32,000 bases of DNA from Candidatus Syntropharchaeum caldarium (GTDB lineage: Archaea; Halobacteriota; Syntropharchaeia; Syntropharchaeales; Syntropharchaeaceae). Positions 9,558-18,353 of the stretch are shown one piece after another. The notes under the pieces were generated by a model. The model did no database searches and had not been told where the DNA came from. It saw nothing but the letters and a program-made list of their open reading frames with translations. The translations under genes were made by a program, and so were the position numbers. How positions within the stretch are numbered: position 1 is the stretch's first letter; the number at the start of each line of letters is the position of its first letter. The stretch covers positions 210,001 to 242,000 of the forward strand of contig LYOS01000001.1 in the NCBI GenBank assembly GCA_001766815.1. The letters are read 5' to 3'.

Positions 9558-10673
9558 TTGTCAAAGACGACTGTAAGTTTGATAAAGGCAGATATTGGAG
9601 GTTATCCTGGACATGCGAGTGTACATCCTGATTTGATTAAGCTTGCTGAAGAAAAACTGACTGATGCACTCAAATCAGGGCTACTGGTTGATTTTAAAGT
9701 GATGGCAGCAGGCGATGATCTGCAGCTTATGATGGGACACACAAAAGGTGTTGACAACCCAGAGATTCATAAACTCGCATGGGATACTTTTGTGGCAGGA
9801 ACCAATGTTGCAAAGGAGTTAAAACTATATGGTGCGGGCCAGGATATGCTTGCTGATGCATTCAGCGGCAACGTTAAAGGCATGGGGCCAGGCATCGCCG
9901 AGCTTGAGTTCACAGAAAGAAAGGGAGAACCACTCGTTGCATACATGATGGATAAAACCGAACCAGGTGCGTTCAACTTACCCATATTCAGGATATTCGC
10001 TGATCCATTCAACACAGCAGGGCTTGTTATAGACCCATCTGCTCATGCAGGTTTCAAATTTGAGATATGGGACATACAGGAGCACACACGGGTCTTCATG
10101 AATGCACCAGAGGAGATGTATGAGATGCTTGCTTTGATCGGTGCAAAGAGCAGATATGTTATAAAACGGGTATATCCGAAAGAGTCAAGTCCACTTCCAT
10201 CTGATGAAGCAGTGGCTGCGATAAGCACCGAGAAGTTGTTCCAGACTGCGGGCAAGTATGTAGGTAAGGATGATCCCGTGGCGCTTGTGAGGGCGCAGTC
10301 AGGATTGCCCGCACTCGGCGAGGTGCTTGAACCATTTGCATTCCCACACCTGGTGAGTGGATGGATGCGAGGGAGCCACAACGGACCTCTGATGCCTGTA
10401 AGCTTTGACAATGCAAGGTGCACCCGGTTTGATGGACCGCCAAGGGTCATTGCAGCAGGATTCCAGATCTCAAACGCCAGACTTATTGGACCTGTTGATC
10501 TATTTGATGATCCAGGATTTGATGAAGCAAGGCAGATTGCAGGTACGATTGCGACTTATATGCGAAGGCACGGTCCATTTGAGCCGCACAGGCTACCTAT
10601 GGAGGATATGGAGTACACAACATTACCAGATGTCCTGAAGAAACTTGAAGATAGATTTGAACCAATTGAGTGA
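9558..10673 (+). CDS. fbp: fructose-1,6-bisphosphate aldolase/phosphatase (class V FBPase)
   Basis: [18 protein letters not shown] is the characteristic N-terminus, and the ORF is 371 aa. The start is TTG 9558, 5 nt after ggaggtga. Confidence 0.9.
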   Translation: MSKTTVSLIKADIGGYPGHASVHPDLIKLAEEKLTDALKSGLLVDFKVMAAGDDLQLMMGHTKGVDNPEIHKLAWDTFVAGTNVAKELKLYGAGQDMLADAFSGNVKGMGPGIAELEFTERKGEPLVAYMMDKTEPGAFNLPIFRIFADPFNTAGLVIDPSAHAGFKFEIWDIQEHTRVFMNAPEEMYEMLALIGAKSRYVIKRVYPKESSPLPSDEAVAAISTEKLFQTAGKYVGKDDPVALVRAQSGLPALGEVLEPFAFPHLVSGWMRGSHNGPLMPVSFDNARCTRFDGPPRVIAAGFQISNARLIGPVDLFDDPGFDEARQIAGTIATYMRRHGPFEPHRLPMEDMEYTTLPDVLKKLEDRFEPIE

Positions 10674-10684
10674 ATAGGAGATTT

Positions 10685-12850
10685 ATGGAAGACGCGGAGG
10701 TCACACTGAAGGTACTGGAGGCGTACCACAGAGACGCAGGGCGAGGAATTGCCAGGATCGATATCAGGGTGATGCAGAAACTCAACCTTGTTAGCGGAGA
10801 TGTCATCGAGATCATCGGTAAGTCAAGAACTCCCGCGGTCGTATGGCCTGGCTACTCGGATGATACAGGTAAAGCTGTTATAAGAATAGACGGCAACATA
10901 AGAGGAAATCTTGGAGTTGGAATAGACGATAAGGTCGTGGTCAGGAAGGTTGATGCAAAAGAAGCGATTCGAGTTGCGATATCACCTACAGAACATCTGA
11001 GGATCGTGGGAGGAGATCGATACCTCCTCAAGATACTTGAAGGGAGGGCGCTCACAAAGGGCCAGAATATTCGGCTTGAGATGCTCGGTAACCCGCTGAC
11101 ATTTCTGGTAACTTCAACCACACCAAAGGATATCGTTGTCGTCACAAAAAACACCGAGATCGTATTGCGGGAACGAACCTTCGATCCTGAACAATATGGA
11201 TCACGCATGACCTATGAGGATGTTGGTGGGCTGAAACGAGAAATTGGACTTATCAGGGAGATGATTGAACTACCACTCAGACACCCTGGTTTGTTCCAGA
11301 AACTTGGGATAGAGCCTCCTCGTGGAGTACTGCTTCATGGACCACCTGGTACAGGCAAAACACTAATTGCAAAGGCTGTTGCAAGTGAAACGGACGCAAA
11401 TTTCATCTCGATCAGTGGACCCGAGATCATGAACAAGTTTTACGGTGAATCAGAGAAACATCTACGTGATATTTTTGATGATGCCGAAAAAAACGCCCCA
11501 TCCATTATTTTCATCGACGAGGTCGATTCAATTGCGCCAAAGCGCGGTGAAGTTACGGGAGAGGTTGAACGTCGAGTTGTGGCACAGCTTCTCGCACTCA
11601 TGGATGGACTCAAGTCGAGGGGCGAGGTTGTTGTGGTCGCTGCAACAAATAGACCTGATGCACTCGACGCGGCGATAAGACGGGGTGGGCGCTTTGACCG
11701 TGAGATCGAGATCGGAATACCCGACCAGCTCGGAAGGCTGCAGATCCTCCAGATTCACACAAGAGGTATGCCACTCGACAAAGATGTCGATTTTGAACCA
11801 ATCGCGGCTATGACACATGGATTTGTGGGCGCGGATATTGCAACGCTCTGCAAAGAAGCTGCGATGCATGCTCTGAGAAGAATCTTACCAAACCTCGATC
11901 TTGATGAAGATATCCCGCAGGAGATCCTCGATGAGTTGACCGTAACCCAGAGTGATTTCCTCAATGCGTTGAAGAATGTCGAACCGTCTGCCATGAGGGA
12001 GGTCTCTCTCGAGATACCAAAGGTGAGATGGGATGATGTAGGCGGCTTGAGCGAGGTCAAGGAAGCACTTAAGGAGGCGGTTGAGTGGCCACTCAAGTAT
12101 CCTGAACTCTTCAAGCAAGTGGGTGCAAAACCTCCAAAAGGTATCCTACTCTATGGTCCTCCTGGTACCGGTAAGACGCTGCTCGCAAAGGCGGTCGCGA
12201 ATGAGTCGGGCGCAAATTTCATCAGCATTAAGGGACCCGAGTTCTTCTCCAAATGGGTTGGCGAAAGTGAGAAGGCTGTCAGAGAGATCTTCAGAAAAGC
12301 AAAGCAGGCAGCACCATCAATCATTTTCTTCGACGAGATAGACTCGATCGCAACCTCAAGGGGTGCTACGCTCGATTCAAGCGCTACAGAGCGTGTTATA
12401 AGCCAGATACTTTCTGAGATCGATGGCATAGAAGATTTGAAGGATGTCATCGTGATCGCTGCGACAAACAGACCAGATCTCTTGGATCCAGCACTTTTTA
12501 GACCTGGCAGGATCGAACAACGGATTGAGGTTGGTGCCCCAGAAACAAAAGAAGCGCGGCTTGAGATAATAAAAGTTCACCTGCATGGTAAACAGATTGC
12601 GGATGATGTGGATCTTGATTGGTTTGCAAAGATTACTGAGGGTTTTGTAGGTGCAGACATCGAATTCATCTGTCGTCAGGCTCTTATGAATGCGATACGA
12701 GAATACATAAGGGCGCATCCAGATGAGGATATTCCGGCAGAGGAAGCAAAAAGTATAATAATAAGAAAGGAACATATAGATAATGCACTTGCAAAGGCAA
12801 AAGAATTTGAAGACTCAAAGGGGAAAGTCGGACTTGCGATGTATGCCTGA
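10685..12850 (+). CDS. cdc48: Cdc48/VCP-like AAA+ ATPase (two AAA domains)
   Basis: Two Walker A motifs are present ([15 protein letters not shown] and [15 protein letters not shown]), two Walker B motifs ([16 protein letters not shown]), and a Cdc48 N-domain ([19 protein letters not shown]). The ATG at 10685 follows aggag. The ORF track extends to GTG 10670. Confidence 0.9.
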   Translation: MEDAEVTLKVLEAYHRDAGRGIARIDIRVMQKLNLVSGDVIEIIGKSRTPAVVWPGYSDDTGKAVIRIDGNIRGNLGVGIDDKVVVRKVDAKEAIRVAISPTEHLRIVGGDRYLLKILEGRALTKGQNIRLEMLGNPLTFLVTSTTPKDIVVVTKNTEIVLRERTFDPEQYGSRMTYEDVGGLKREIGLIREMIELPLRHPGLFQKLGIEPPRGVLLHGPPGTGKTLIAKAVASETDANFISISGPEIMNKFYGESEKHLRDIFDDAEKNAPSIIFIDEVDSIAPKRGEVTGEVERRVVAQLLALMDGLKSRGEVVVVAATNRPDALDAAIRRGGRFDREIEIGIPDQLGRLQILQIHTRGMPLDKDVDFEPIAAMTHGFVGADIATLCKEAAMHALRRILPNLDLDEDIPQEILDELTVTQSDFLNALKNVEPSAMREVSLEIPKVRWDDVGGLSEVKEALKEAVEWPLKYPELFKQVGAKPPKGILLYGPPGTGKTLLAKAVANESGANFISIKGPEFFSKWVGESEKAVREIFRKAKQAAPSIIFFDEIDSIATSRGATLDSSATERVISQILSEIDGIEDLKDVIVIAATNRPDLLDPALFRPGRIEQRIEVGAPETKEARLEIIKVHLHGKQIADDVDLDWFAKITEGFVGADIEFICRQALMNAIREYIRAHPDEDIPAEEAKSIIIRKEHIDNALAKAKEFEDSKGKVGLAMYA

Positions 12851-12874
12851 TGTGAGTGCTGTGTTTAAGGGGGG

Positions 12875-12883
12875 ATAAATATA
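12875..12883 (+). promoter_or_regulatory. TATA-like box upstream of hsp20
   Basis: The sequence is ggggg-ataaatata, about 49 nt upstream of the GTG 12932 start. Confidence 0.35.
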
Positions 12884-12931
12884 GAAGAGAAAAGAGAACT
12901 TCTGGATCTCTATCTCAATCTCGATGAGGTT

Positions 12932-13279
12932 GTGAAGACGTTGATAGATGAGATTGAACACACAAAGAATAAAGACGGACGATCTCGTGAGGTTGTGATC
13001 GATCTGCCCGAAGAATTTACCCATGAACCACCACGAGATCCTATTGTGGATCTCTATGTTTATGATGGGATGGTTCATGTGACTTCCGAACTTCTTGGGG
13101 TTGATGCAGAGACGATCCAGGTAGATCTTACGGATCAGATGCTTGTTATACATGCAACAGGTGGTGCAAACATCCATACACGGGAGATATGGTTACCTGT
13201 TGCGGTTGAAAAAGAGGGGATCGAGAAGCACTATAAGAATGGTGTACTTGAAGTAATTCTAAAACAGCGAATGAGTTAA
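12932..13279 (+). CDS. Hsp20/alpha-crystallin small heat-shock protein
   Basis: The alpha-crystallin-domain pattern is present: VDLYVYDGMVHVTSELLGVDAETIQVDL...LVIHA...YKNGVLEVILK. Confidence 0.7.
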   Translation: MKTLIDEIEHTKNKDGRSREVVIDLPEEFTHEPPRDPIVDLYVYDGMVHVTSELLGVDAETIQVDLTDQMLVIHATGGANIHTREIWLPVAVEKEGIEKHYKNGVLEVILKQRMS

Positions 13280-13306
13280 TTGGACGATTAAAGGCGGTTA
13301 AATAAC

Positions 13307-14035
13307 ATGGAATATGATATCACGGGTGACAACCTTCAGATCGTGACGCTGCATCTTTCCAGTGGGGAAATGGTGTATGCTGAAGCTGGAGCCATGAATC
13401 ACATGAGCGCAAATATGCAGATGGAAGCAAAGGCGAGAGGGGGACTCCTGAAGGGAATTATGCGAAAGTTTGCAGGTGAGTCCTTCTTCATGACTGAGTT
13501 CACGCCCCAGGGCGGTCCTGGTTATGTGGCATTTGCAGGGAACGTACCAGGAAAGATTCGAGCCATACCACTCAAGGGAAATGACTTCATCGCGCAGAAG
13601 GATGCGTTTTTATGCGCCGAGAGCGGCGTGAACCTTGAGGTCACACTGACCAGGAAACTTGGTTCAGGTTTATTTGGCGGTGAGGGGTTCATCCTTGAGC
13701 GACTTAGCGGGGAGGGCACGGTATTCATCCATGCATGCGGAGACTTTGTTGAGATGGATCTTCAATCAGGTGAGGCTGTGATGGTTGATACAGGCTCTGT
13801 TGTGGGATTTGATGAGAGTGTGGACTATGATATCACAACAGCAGGCGGAATCAAGTCGATGCTCTTTGGTGGAGAGGGGATTTTCCTTGTGAAGCTGACA
13901 GGACCTGGTAAGATCATTCTCCAGTCACTCTCAATCGCAAACCTTGCAGCGGCACTTGCCCCACATATGCCATTCCAGCGAGGCGAAACTTCTGGAACCA
14001 GCGGGATAAATCTTGGAACGCTGCTTGGGGAATGA
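13307..14035 (+). CDS. AIM24/TIGR00266-family protein (DUF124)
   Basis: MEYDITGDNLQIVTLHLSSGEMVYAEAGAMNHM...GGEGFILERLSGEGTVFIHACG...GGEGIFLVKLTGPG shows the characteristic repeated GGEG motifs. Confidence 0.7.
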   Translation: MEYDITGDNLQIVTLHLSSGEMVYAEAGAMNHMSANMQMEAKARGGLLKGIMRKFAGESFFMTEFTPQGGPGYVAFAGNVPGKIRAIPLKGNDFIAQKDAFLCAESGVNLEVTLTRKLGSGLFGGEGFILERLSGEGTVFIHACGDFVEMDLQSGEAVMVDTGSVVGFDESVDYDITTAGGIKSMLFGGEGIFLVKLTGPGKIILQSLSIANLAAALAPHMPFQRGETSGTSGINLGTLLGE

Positions 14036-14263
14036 GACGTCTCGCAAAGACGATTCAGATATTTTCTGCCGGCTAAGTACGTATGTGGGTAAGAAGGATG
14101 TAGGTGGGATTAGGGAGTCCACTGGATGGCTTACAGATAAAGGGATGTATATGTGAACCTTGTTCGGGTATATCGAGAAATTTTGGGGATGTGCGAAGTG
14201 GGTTCGGGCATGAGTTGATAAGCAAAATGAGCGAGCGGAGCGTCCGCCAGAGGCGGGGCTACT

Positions 14264-15447
14264 ATGATTCCGAAGAACATAGAAAGAGAAGACGTTATTA
14301 AAGTAATGGAGGAAATCAAAAGAAATGGAATCCCAAAGGGTAGGGATTCAAGGAAATTTCTCTTGGAATTTGATGGAGAATGTTACCCTCCTAAATATGT
14401 TATTTCATTAGCCAATAAGTATGCTAATGGCGAAATATTAGATTCTGCACAATTTAGCGGAGGGAAAGAAACAAATGACTTTCTTAGAAATCTTGGCTTT
14501 AATATTATAGAACTCTCAAAGGCAAAGAAAGAGAGAGAAAGAACAAATATCCATCAAGGTGAAAGATGTCCAAAGTGTAAAGAAACCATTAGAAAACTTT
14601 TAGAAAAGATTTATGGAAGAGTTGAGGAAAACTATAAGTTTAGAGTTGGAACTCTCCCAGAAGATTTTAAAAACACTCCATATTATAGCGAATTGAAAAA
14701 AATTTACGAGAAACTCCAAAATCATAGAGGATATAAAGATTTCGTTAAAGCAAAAACTCTTCCAAATTGCGATTTCTTTGTTCCGAATCCGGGATTCATT
14801 GTAGAGTTTGATGAATCACAACATTTCACATTACCAAGAAAAATAACTTTGGGGGAATACCCTACTAACCTTGAATTGGGATTCAGTAAAGAGAAATGGA
14901 TAAGGTTATGCGAAAAAATTGATGCCAAGGATAACGATCCTCCTTATAGAGATGAACAACGCGCATGGTATGACACTTTAAGGGATTTTCTACCAACAAT
15001 ATTAGGTTTGCAACCTACTGTTAGATTATTTGCCAAAGATTTTATCTGGTGCAGTTTGAATCCCAACAATCCAGAAGATGTTGATAGATTCCAAAAAATG
15101 ATAGAATTAGGATCAAAATATTGGAAGATTCAGGTAAAGGAAGATCCCAACCCATTTTTGGCAAGAATAATTATTGCCGATGATTGGAGAGGAGAGCCTG
15201 AAGAGGCAAAGAAATTACTGGAAAACATCTACCAGAAATGGCCAAAAGGTAAAAAAGTAAAATTTATTATAACGTGTGGAGGATTTATTCAATTTGAATG
15301 GCCAAGGTCTGTGTCTAAAGAAACGATCGGCGATTCCAAAAATCCTAACAATAGAGTCGTAAATATTCTGGTTGCTAAAGCAAAAGAATCTATAAAATCA
15401 GTCTTAACAGAAAACTTGCGCAATAAATTGCAAGAGGTAACAGATTA
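14264..15447 (+). pseudogene. 5' part (codons 1-394 plus the TA of codon 395) of an IS-interrupted multi-domain gene with a restriction-type N-terminal module and a Vsr/DUF559-like endonuclease core
   Basis: The ORF runs into the IS at 15448. N-terminal motif: GIPKGRDSRKFLLEFDGECYPPKYVISLANKYANGE...FSGGKETNDFLRNLGF. Nuclease-like motif: CDFFVPNPGFIVEFDESQH (nt 14768-14824), followed by RDEQRAWYDTLRDFL...VRLF. Removing 15448-16531 restores the frame into 16532 onward. Confidence 0.75.
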
Positions 15448-15493
15448 TAGTATTAGACAAAACATTTTTAACTAACAAGTACAATTTACCTGT

Positions 15494-15859
15494 ATGGGAC
15501 GAAGACCTGAAAAAGAAGTTGTTAAGTGGCTGACCCTGGAAGAGCTGAACGAAGAGATTCGAAGTCGAAAAGTATGCGCAGAAGTCCTCAGAAAACTTTT
15601 CTTCATCAAAGAACTCTACAAAGGAGCAACTGTTCCAAAAGCAGCTAAAGAGGTGGGGGTAAGCAAAGTCATAGGCTATGTGTGGCTTGAGAACTGGAAC
15701 GAGAAAGGATTGGAAGGACTCAAACCGAATTATGGTGGAGGTAGACCTTCAGAACTGACTGAAGAGCAGAAAGAAGAACTCAAGAAAATACTTGAGAAGA
15801 GAGATGACTGGACCACAAGAGAAGTAAGAGAGTTCATCAATGAGGAGTTTGGTGTTTGA
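15494..15859 (+). pseudogene. IS630 transposase orfA (HTH part), truncated in copy A by a 1-nt T-run insertion
   Basis: It is 121 aa versus 160 aa in copy B. Copy A has ggtgTTTgaa (15851-15860) where copy B has gatgTTgaa. Confidence 0.75.
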
Positions 15860-15948
15860 ATACAGCATAAGGCATCTCAGCAGAATACTGAAATCGTTTG
15901 GGATGAAGTACTCAAAACCCTATCAGCAAGATTACAGAAGACCTGAAA

Positions 15949-16509
15949 ATGCTGAAGAAGAGCTTAAAAAAACTTGATGAGCTTGATACTGATCTGAAAG
16001 AATGCATTATAGGATTTCTGGATGAGACTTCACCTCAACTCACCTCAAATACCCAACGCTTGTGGTCATTCAATAAACCAGCTGTTAAGAAGAACACCAC
16101 AAAGATGAGAGCAAATACCTTCGGTTTCTATGCAATAAATGGGGAGAGTGTTGTAGATTTTAAAGAAAATTCAAAGAAGGAATCTGTATGTGAGTTTCTG
16201 GAGAGGATAAGAGAAAGAAATCCAGAGAAGACCATAGTAATCATTCTTGATAACTTCAGATCACACTGGGCTAAGAAAACAAGGAGAAAAGCAAGAAAGC
16301 TGAACATCATTCTTGTCTTCCTACCGCCTTACTCACCTGATCTAAATCCAATTGAGCAGATCTGGAGAATCATAAAGAGAGTTCTTTCACCTCTCTCCAT
16401 CAAAACATTGCATGAGCTTAAAAAAGTCATCTCGAAGAGTTTTTATGAGCTAACACAAAGGATCAGCTTTGCAGAAAAGTGGATTAAGAAGTTCTTGAAT
16501 ATTGGTTAA
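15949..16509 (+). CDS. IS630 transposase orfB (DDE catalytic part), copy A
   Basis: Motifs are IIGFLDETS, IVIILDNFRSH and FLPPYSPDLNPIEQIW (the IS630/Tc1-mariner DDE signature). It is 100% identical to 17339-17899. Confidence 0.8.
   Translation: MLKKSLKKLDELDTDLKECIIGFLDETSPQLTSNTQRLWSFNKPAVKKNTTKMRANTFGFYAINGESVVDFKENSKKESVCEFLERIRERNPEKTIVIILDNFRSHWAKKTRRKARKLNIILVFLPPYSPDLNPIEQIWRIIKRVLSPLSIKTLHELKKVISKSFYELTQRISFAEKWIKKFLNIG
15966..15972 (+). promoter_or_regulatory. A7 slippery run in the orfA/orfB overlap (candidate recoding or transcriptional slippage site), copy A
   Basis: The sequence is gag ctt aaa aaa act tga. orfB is in the +1 frame relative to the orfA frame defined in copy B. 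Confidence 0.4.
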
Positions 16510-16531
16510 GTTTGTTATGGTAGATACTATA

Positions 16532-16937
16532 TATAACTTTAGGTGTAGATTCGTATAAGGAGAAAATATCAACAACTCAGAATTATATTAATCAACCACA
16601 CATCGAACTTGTGTTCTTGGTTGATTTAAGAAATAACAAATTTTACTGGACTGGAAAGTCTTACCCAACACCGAACCAACAAAATGGGTTAGTAAGAATT
16701 GCAGATTTAAAAACTCACTTCTTTAACTTAGATGTCGGAAAGGTTATGATATTGGGTTGCCATGACTTAACTATATTTAACCCGAGATCTAAAAATGCTA
16801 AAAGATGGCGTAAAGACGTGAATGAAAGGTTTAAGAAAATCGCAAAAGAAGAAAAGCCCAAAATTGTATTACAACATCCACACACTATGGTAAAAGTCAG
16901 AACTTGGCTTAATGCATGGAGTTGTCTAAAGAAAATG
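16532..16937 (+). pseudogene. middle part of the IS-interrupted gene (C-terminal domain with K...GCHD motif), ending at the palindrome loop
   Basis: It is in frame with 14264-15447 once the IS and one TA are removed (...EVTDY|ITLGVDSYKEK...). It contains NNKFYWTGKSYP and GKVMILGCHDLTIFNPRS...IVLQHPHT. The track's ORF 16611-16979 is the tail of this frame running into the inverted arm. Confidence 0.7.
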
Positions 16938-17316
16938 AAGCCAAGTTCTGACTTTTACCATAGTGTGTGGATGTTGTAATACAATTTTGGGCTTTTCTTC
17001 TTTTGCGATTTTCTTAAACCTTTCATTCACGTCTTTACGCCATCTTTTAGCATTTTTAGATCTCGGGTTAAATATAGTTAAGTCATGGCAACCCAATATC
17101 ATAACCTTTCCGACATCTAAGTTAAAGAAGTGAGTTTTTAAATCTGCAATTCTTACTAACCCATTTTGTTGGTTCGGTGTTGGGTAAGACTTTCCAGTCC
17201 AGTAAAATTTGTTATTTCTTAAATCAACCAAGAACACAAGTTCGATGTGTGGTTGATTAATATAATTCTGAGTTGTTGATATTTTCTCCTTATACGAATC
17301 TACACCTAAAGTTATA
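16938..17316 (-). pseudogene. inverted duplicate of gene fragment 16532-16910
   Basis: It is the reverse complement of 16532-16910. The ORF 16926-17237 translation is identical to 16611-16979 over 100 aa. Confidence 0.85.
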
Positions 17317-17338
17317 TATAGTATCTACCATAACAAAC

Positions 17339-17899
17339 TTAACCAATATTCAAGAACTTCTTAATCCACTTTTCTGCAAAGCTGATCCTTTGTGTTAGCT
17401 CATAAAAACTCTTCGAGATGACTTTTTTAAGCTCATGCAATGTTTTGATGGAGAGAGGTGAAAGAACTCTCTTTATGATTCTCCAGATCTGCTCAATTGG
17501 ATTTAGATCAGGTGAGTAAGGCGGTAGGAAGACAAGAATGATGTTCAGCTTTCTTGCTTTTCTCCTTGTTTTCTTAGCCCAGTGTGATCTGAAGTTATCA
17601 AGAATGATTACTATGGTCTTCTCTGGATTTCTTTCTCTTATCCTCTCCAGAAACTCACATACAGATTCCTTCTTTGAATTTTCTTTAAAATCTACAACAC
17701 TCTCCCCATTTATTGCATAGAAACCGAAGGTATTTGCTCTCATCTTTGTGGTGTTCTTCTTAACAGCTGGTTTATTGAATGACCACAAGCGTTGGGTATT
17801 TGAGGTGAGTTGAGGTGAAGTCTCATCCAGAAATCCTATAATGCATTCTTTCAGATCAGTATCAAGCTCATCAAGTTTTTTTAAGCTCTTCTTCAGCAT
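17339..17899 (-). CDS. IS630 transposase orfB (DDE part), copy B
   Basis: It is identical to 15949-16509 and lies in the +1 frame relative to orfA. Confidence 0.8.
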   Translation of the reverse strand: MLKKSLKKLDELDTDLKECIIGFLDETSPQLTSNTQRLWSFNKPAVKKNTTKMRANTFGFYAINGESVVDFKENSKKESVCEFLERIRERNPEKTIVIILDNFRSHWAKKTRRKARKLNIILVFLPPYSPDLNPIEQIWRIIKRVLSPLSIKTLHELKKVISKSFYELTQRISFAEKWIKKFLNIG

Positions 17900-18353
17900 T
17901 TTCAGGTCTTCTGTAATCTTGCTGATAGGGTTTTGAGTACTTCATCCCAAACGATTTCAGTATTCTGCTGAGATGCCTTATGCTGTATTCAACATCAAAC
18001 TCCTCATTGATGAGTTCTCTTACTTCCCCTGTGGTCCAGTCATCTCTCTTCTCAAGTATTTTCTTGAGTTCTTCTTTCTGCTCTTCAGTCAGTTCTGAAG
18101 GTCTACCTCCACCATAATTCGGTTTAAGTCCTTCCAATCCTTTCTCGTTCCAGTTCTCAAGCCACACATAGCCTATGACTTTGCTTACCCCCACCTCTTT
18201 AGCTGCTTTTGGAACAGCTGCTCCTTTGTAGAGTTCTTTGATGAAGAAAAGTTTTCTGAGGACTTCTGCGCATACTTTTCTACTTCGAATCTCTTCGTTC
18301 AGCTCTTCCAGGGTCAGCCACTTAACAACTTCTTTTTCAGGTCTTCGTCCCAT
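17871..18353 (-). CDS. IS630 transposase orfA (HTH DNA-binding part), copy B
   Basis: 160 aa. It differs from copy A at T46A, R109G, F114L and G120D, plus silent changes. Confidence 0.75.
   Translation of the reverse strand: MGRRPEKEVVKWLTLEELNEEIRSRKVCAEVLRKLFFIKELYKGAAVPKAAKEVGVSKVIGYVWLENWNEKGLEGLKPNYGGGRPSELTEEQKEELKKILEKRDDWTTGEVRELINEEFDVEYSIRHLSRILKSFGMKYSKPYQQDYRRPENAEEELKKT
17876..17882 (-). promoter_or_regulatory. A7 slippery run (T7 on the + strand) in the orfA/orfB overlap, copy B
   Basis: The context is the same as at 15966-15972. It lies immediately 5' of the orfA stop (act tga). Confidence 0.4.

Larger units (their letters stand above)
15448..16529 (+). mobile_element. IS630-family insertion sequence, copy A (1,082 bp, TA target duplication)
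   Basis: It is flanked by TA (15446-7) and TA (16530-1). Termini are TAGTATTAGACAAAAC... and ...GTTTGTTATGGTAGATACTA, with the first 6 nt as an exact inverted match and looser similarity beyond. It encodes an HTH orfA and a DDE orfB carrying LPPYSPDLNPIEQIW. Confidence 0.85.

Noticed and set aside
10685-14035. cdc48-hsp20-AIM24 run, considered as a dedicated proteostasis or stress system.
   Set aside because: Each gene has its own spacer and promoter-like signal. Such neighbours are common in archaeal core regions, and nothing in the sequence ties them together beyond proximity.
14187-14226. ggggatgTGCGAAgtgggttcgGGCATgagttgATAAGC resembles, in inverted orientation, 18925-18944 (GCTTATGCCatgtTTCGCA). 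It also loosely resembles the IS5 terminal repeat GGAAGGTGCGAA. This hints that the AT-rich module sits inside an old IS5-like element.
   Set aside because: The similarity is patchy (three short blocks with indels) and I cannot score it without an alignment tool. It is kept only as something to test once a full-length copy of the IS5-like element is available.
14234-14240. AGCGGAG(c/t)GT occurs at 14234-14243 and again in direct orientation at 18911-18920. It could be att-like direct repeats bounding the islet.
   Set aside because: Only 7 contiguous matching bases (9 of 10). That is well within chance for a 32-kb window, and no integrase or tRNA gene is nearby.
14104-14319. ORFs 14104-14301 (+) and 14131-14319 (-) in the spacer upstream of the islet gene.
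   Set aside because: They are short and mutually overlapping, with no motifs or plausible translation signals. 14104-14301 runs across the start of the 14264 gene. They are most likely non-coding spacer.
16611-17237. Two mirrored ORFs (16611-16979 + and 16926-17237 -) that could be annotated as a pair of convergent paralogous genes.
   Set aside because: Both are the same fragment of the IS-interrupted gene. The + copy is in frame with 14264-15447 once the IS is removed. Their divergent C-termini (NAWSCLKKMKPSS... and HFL*) are just read-through into the loop and the opposite arm.
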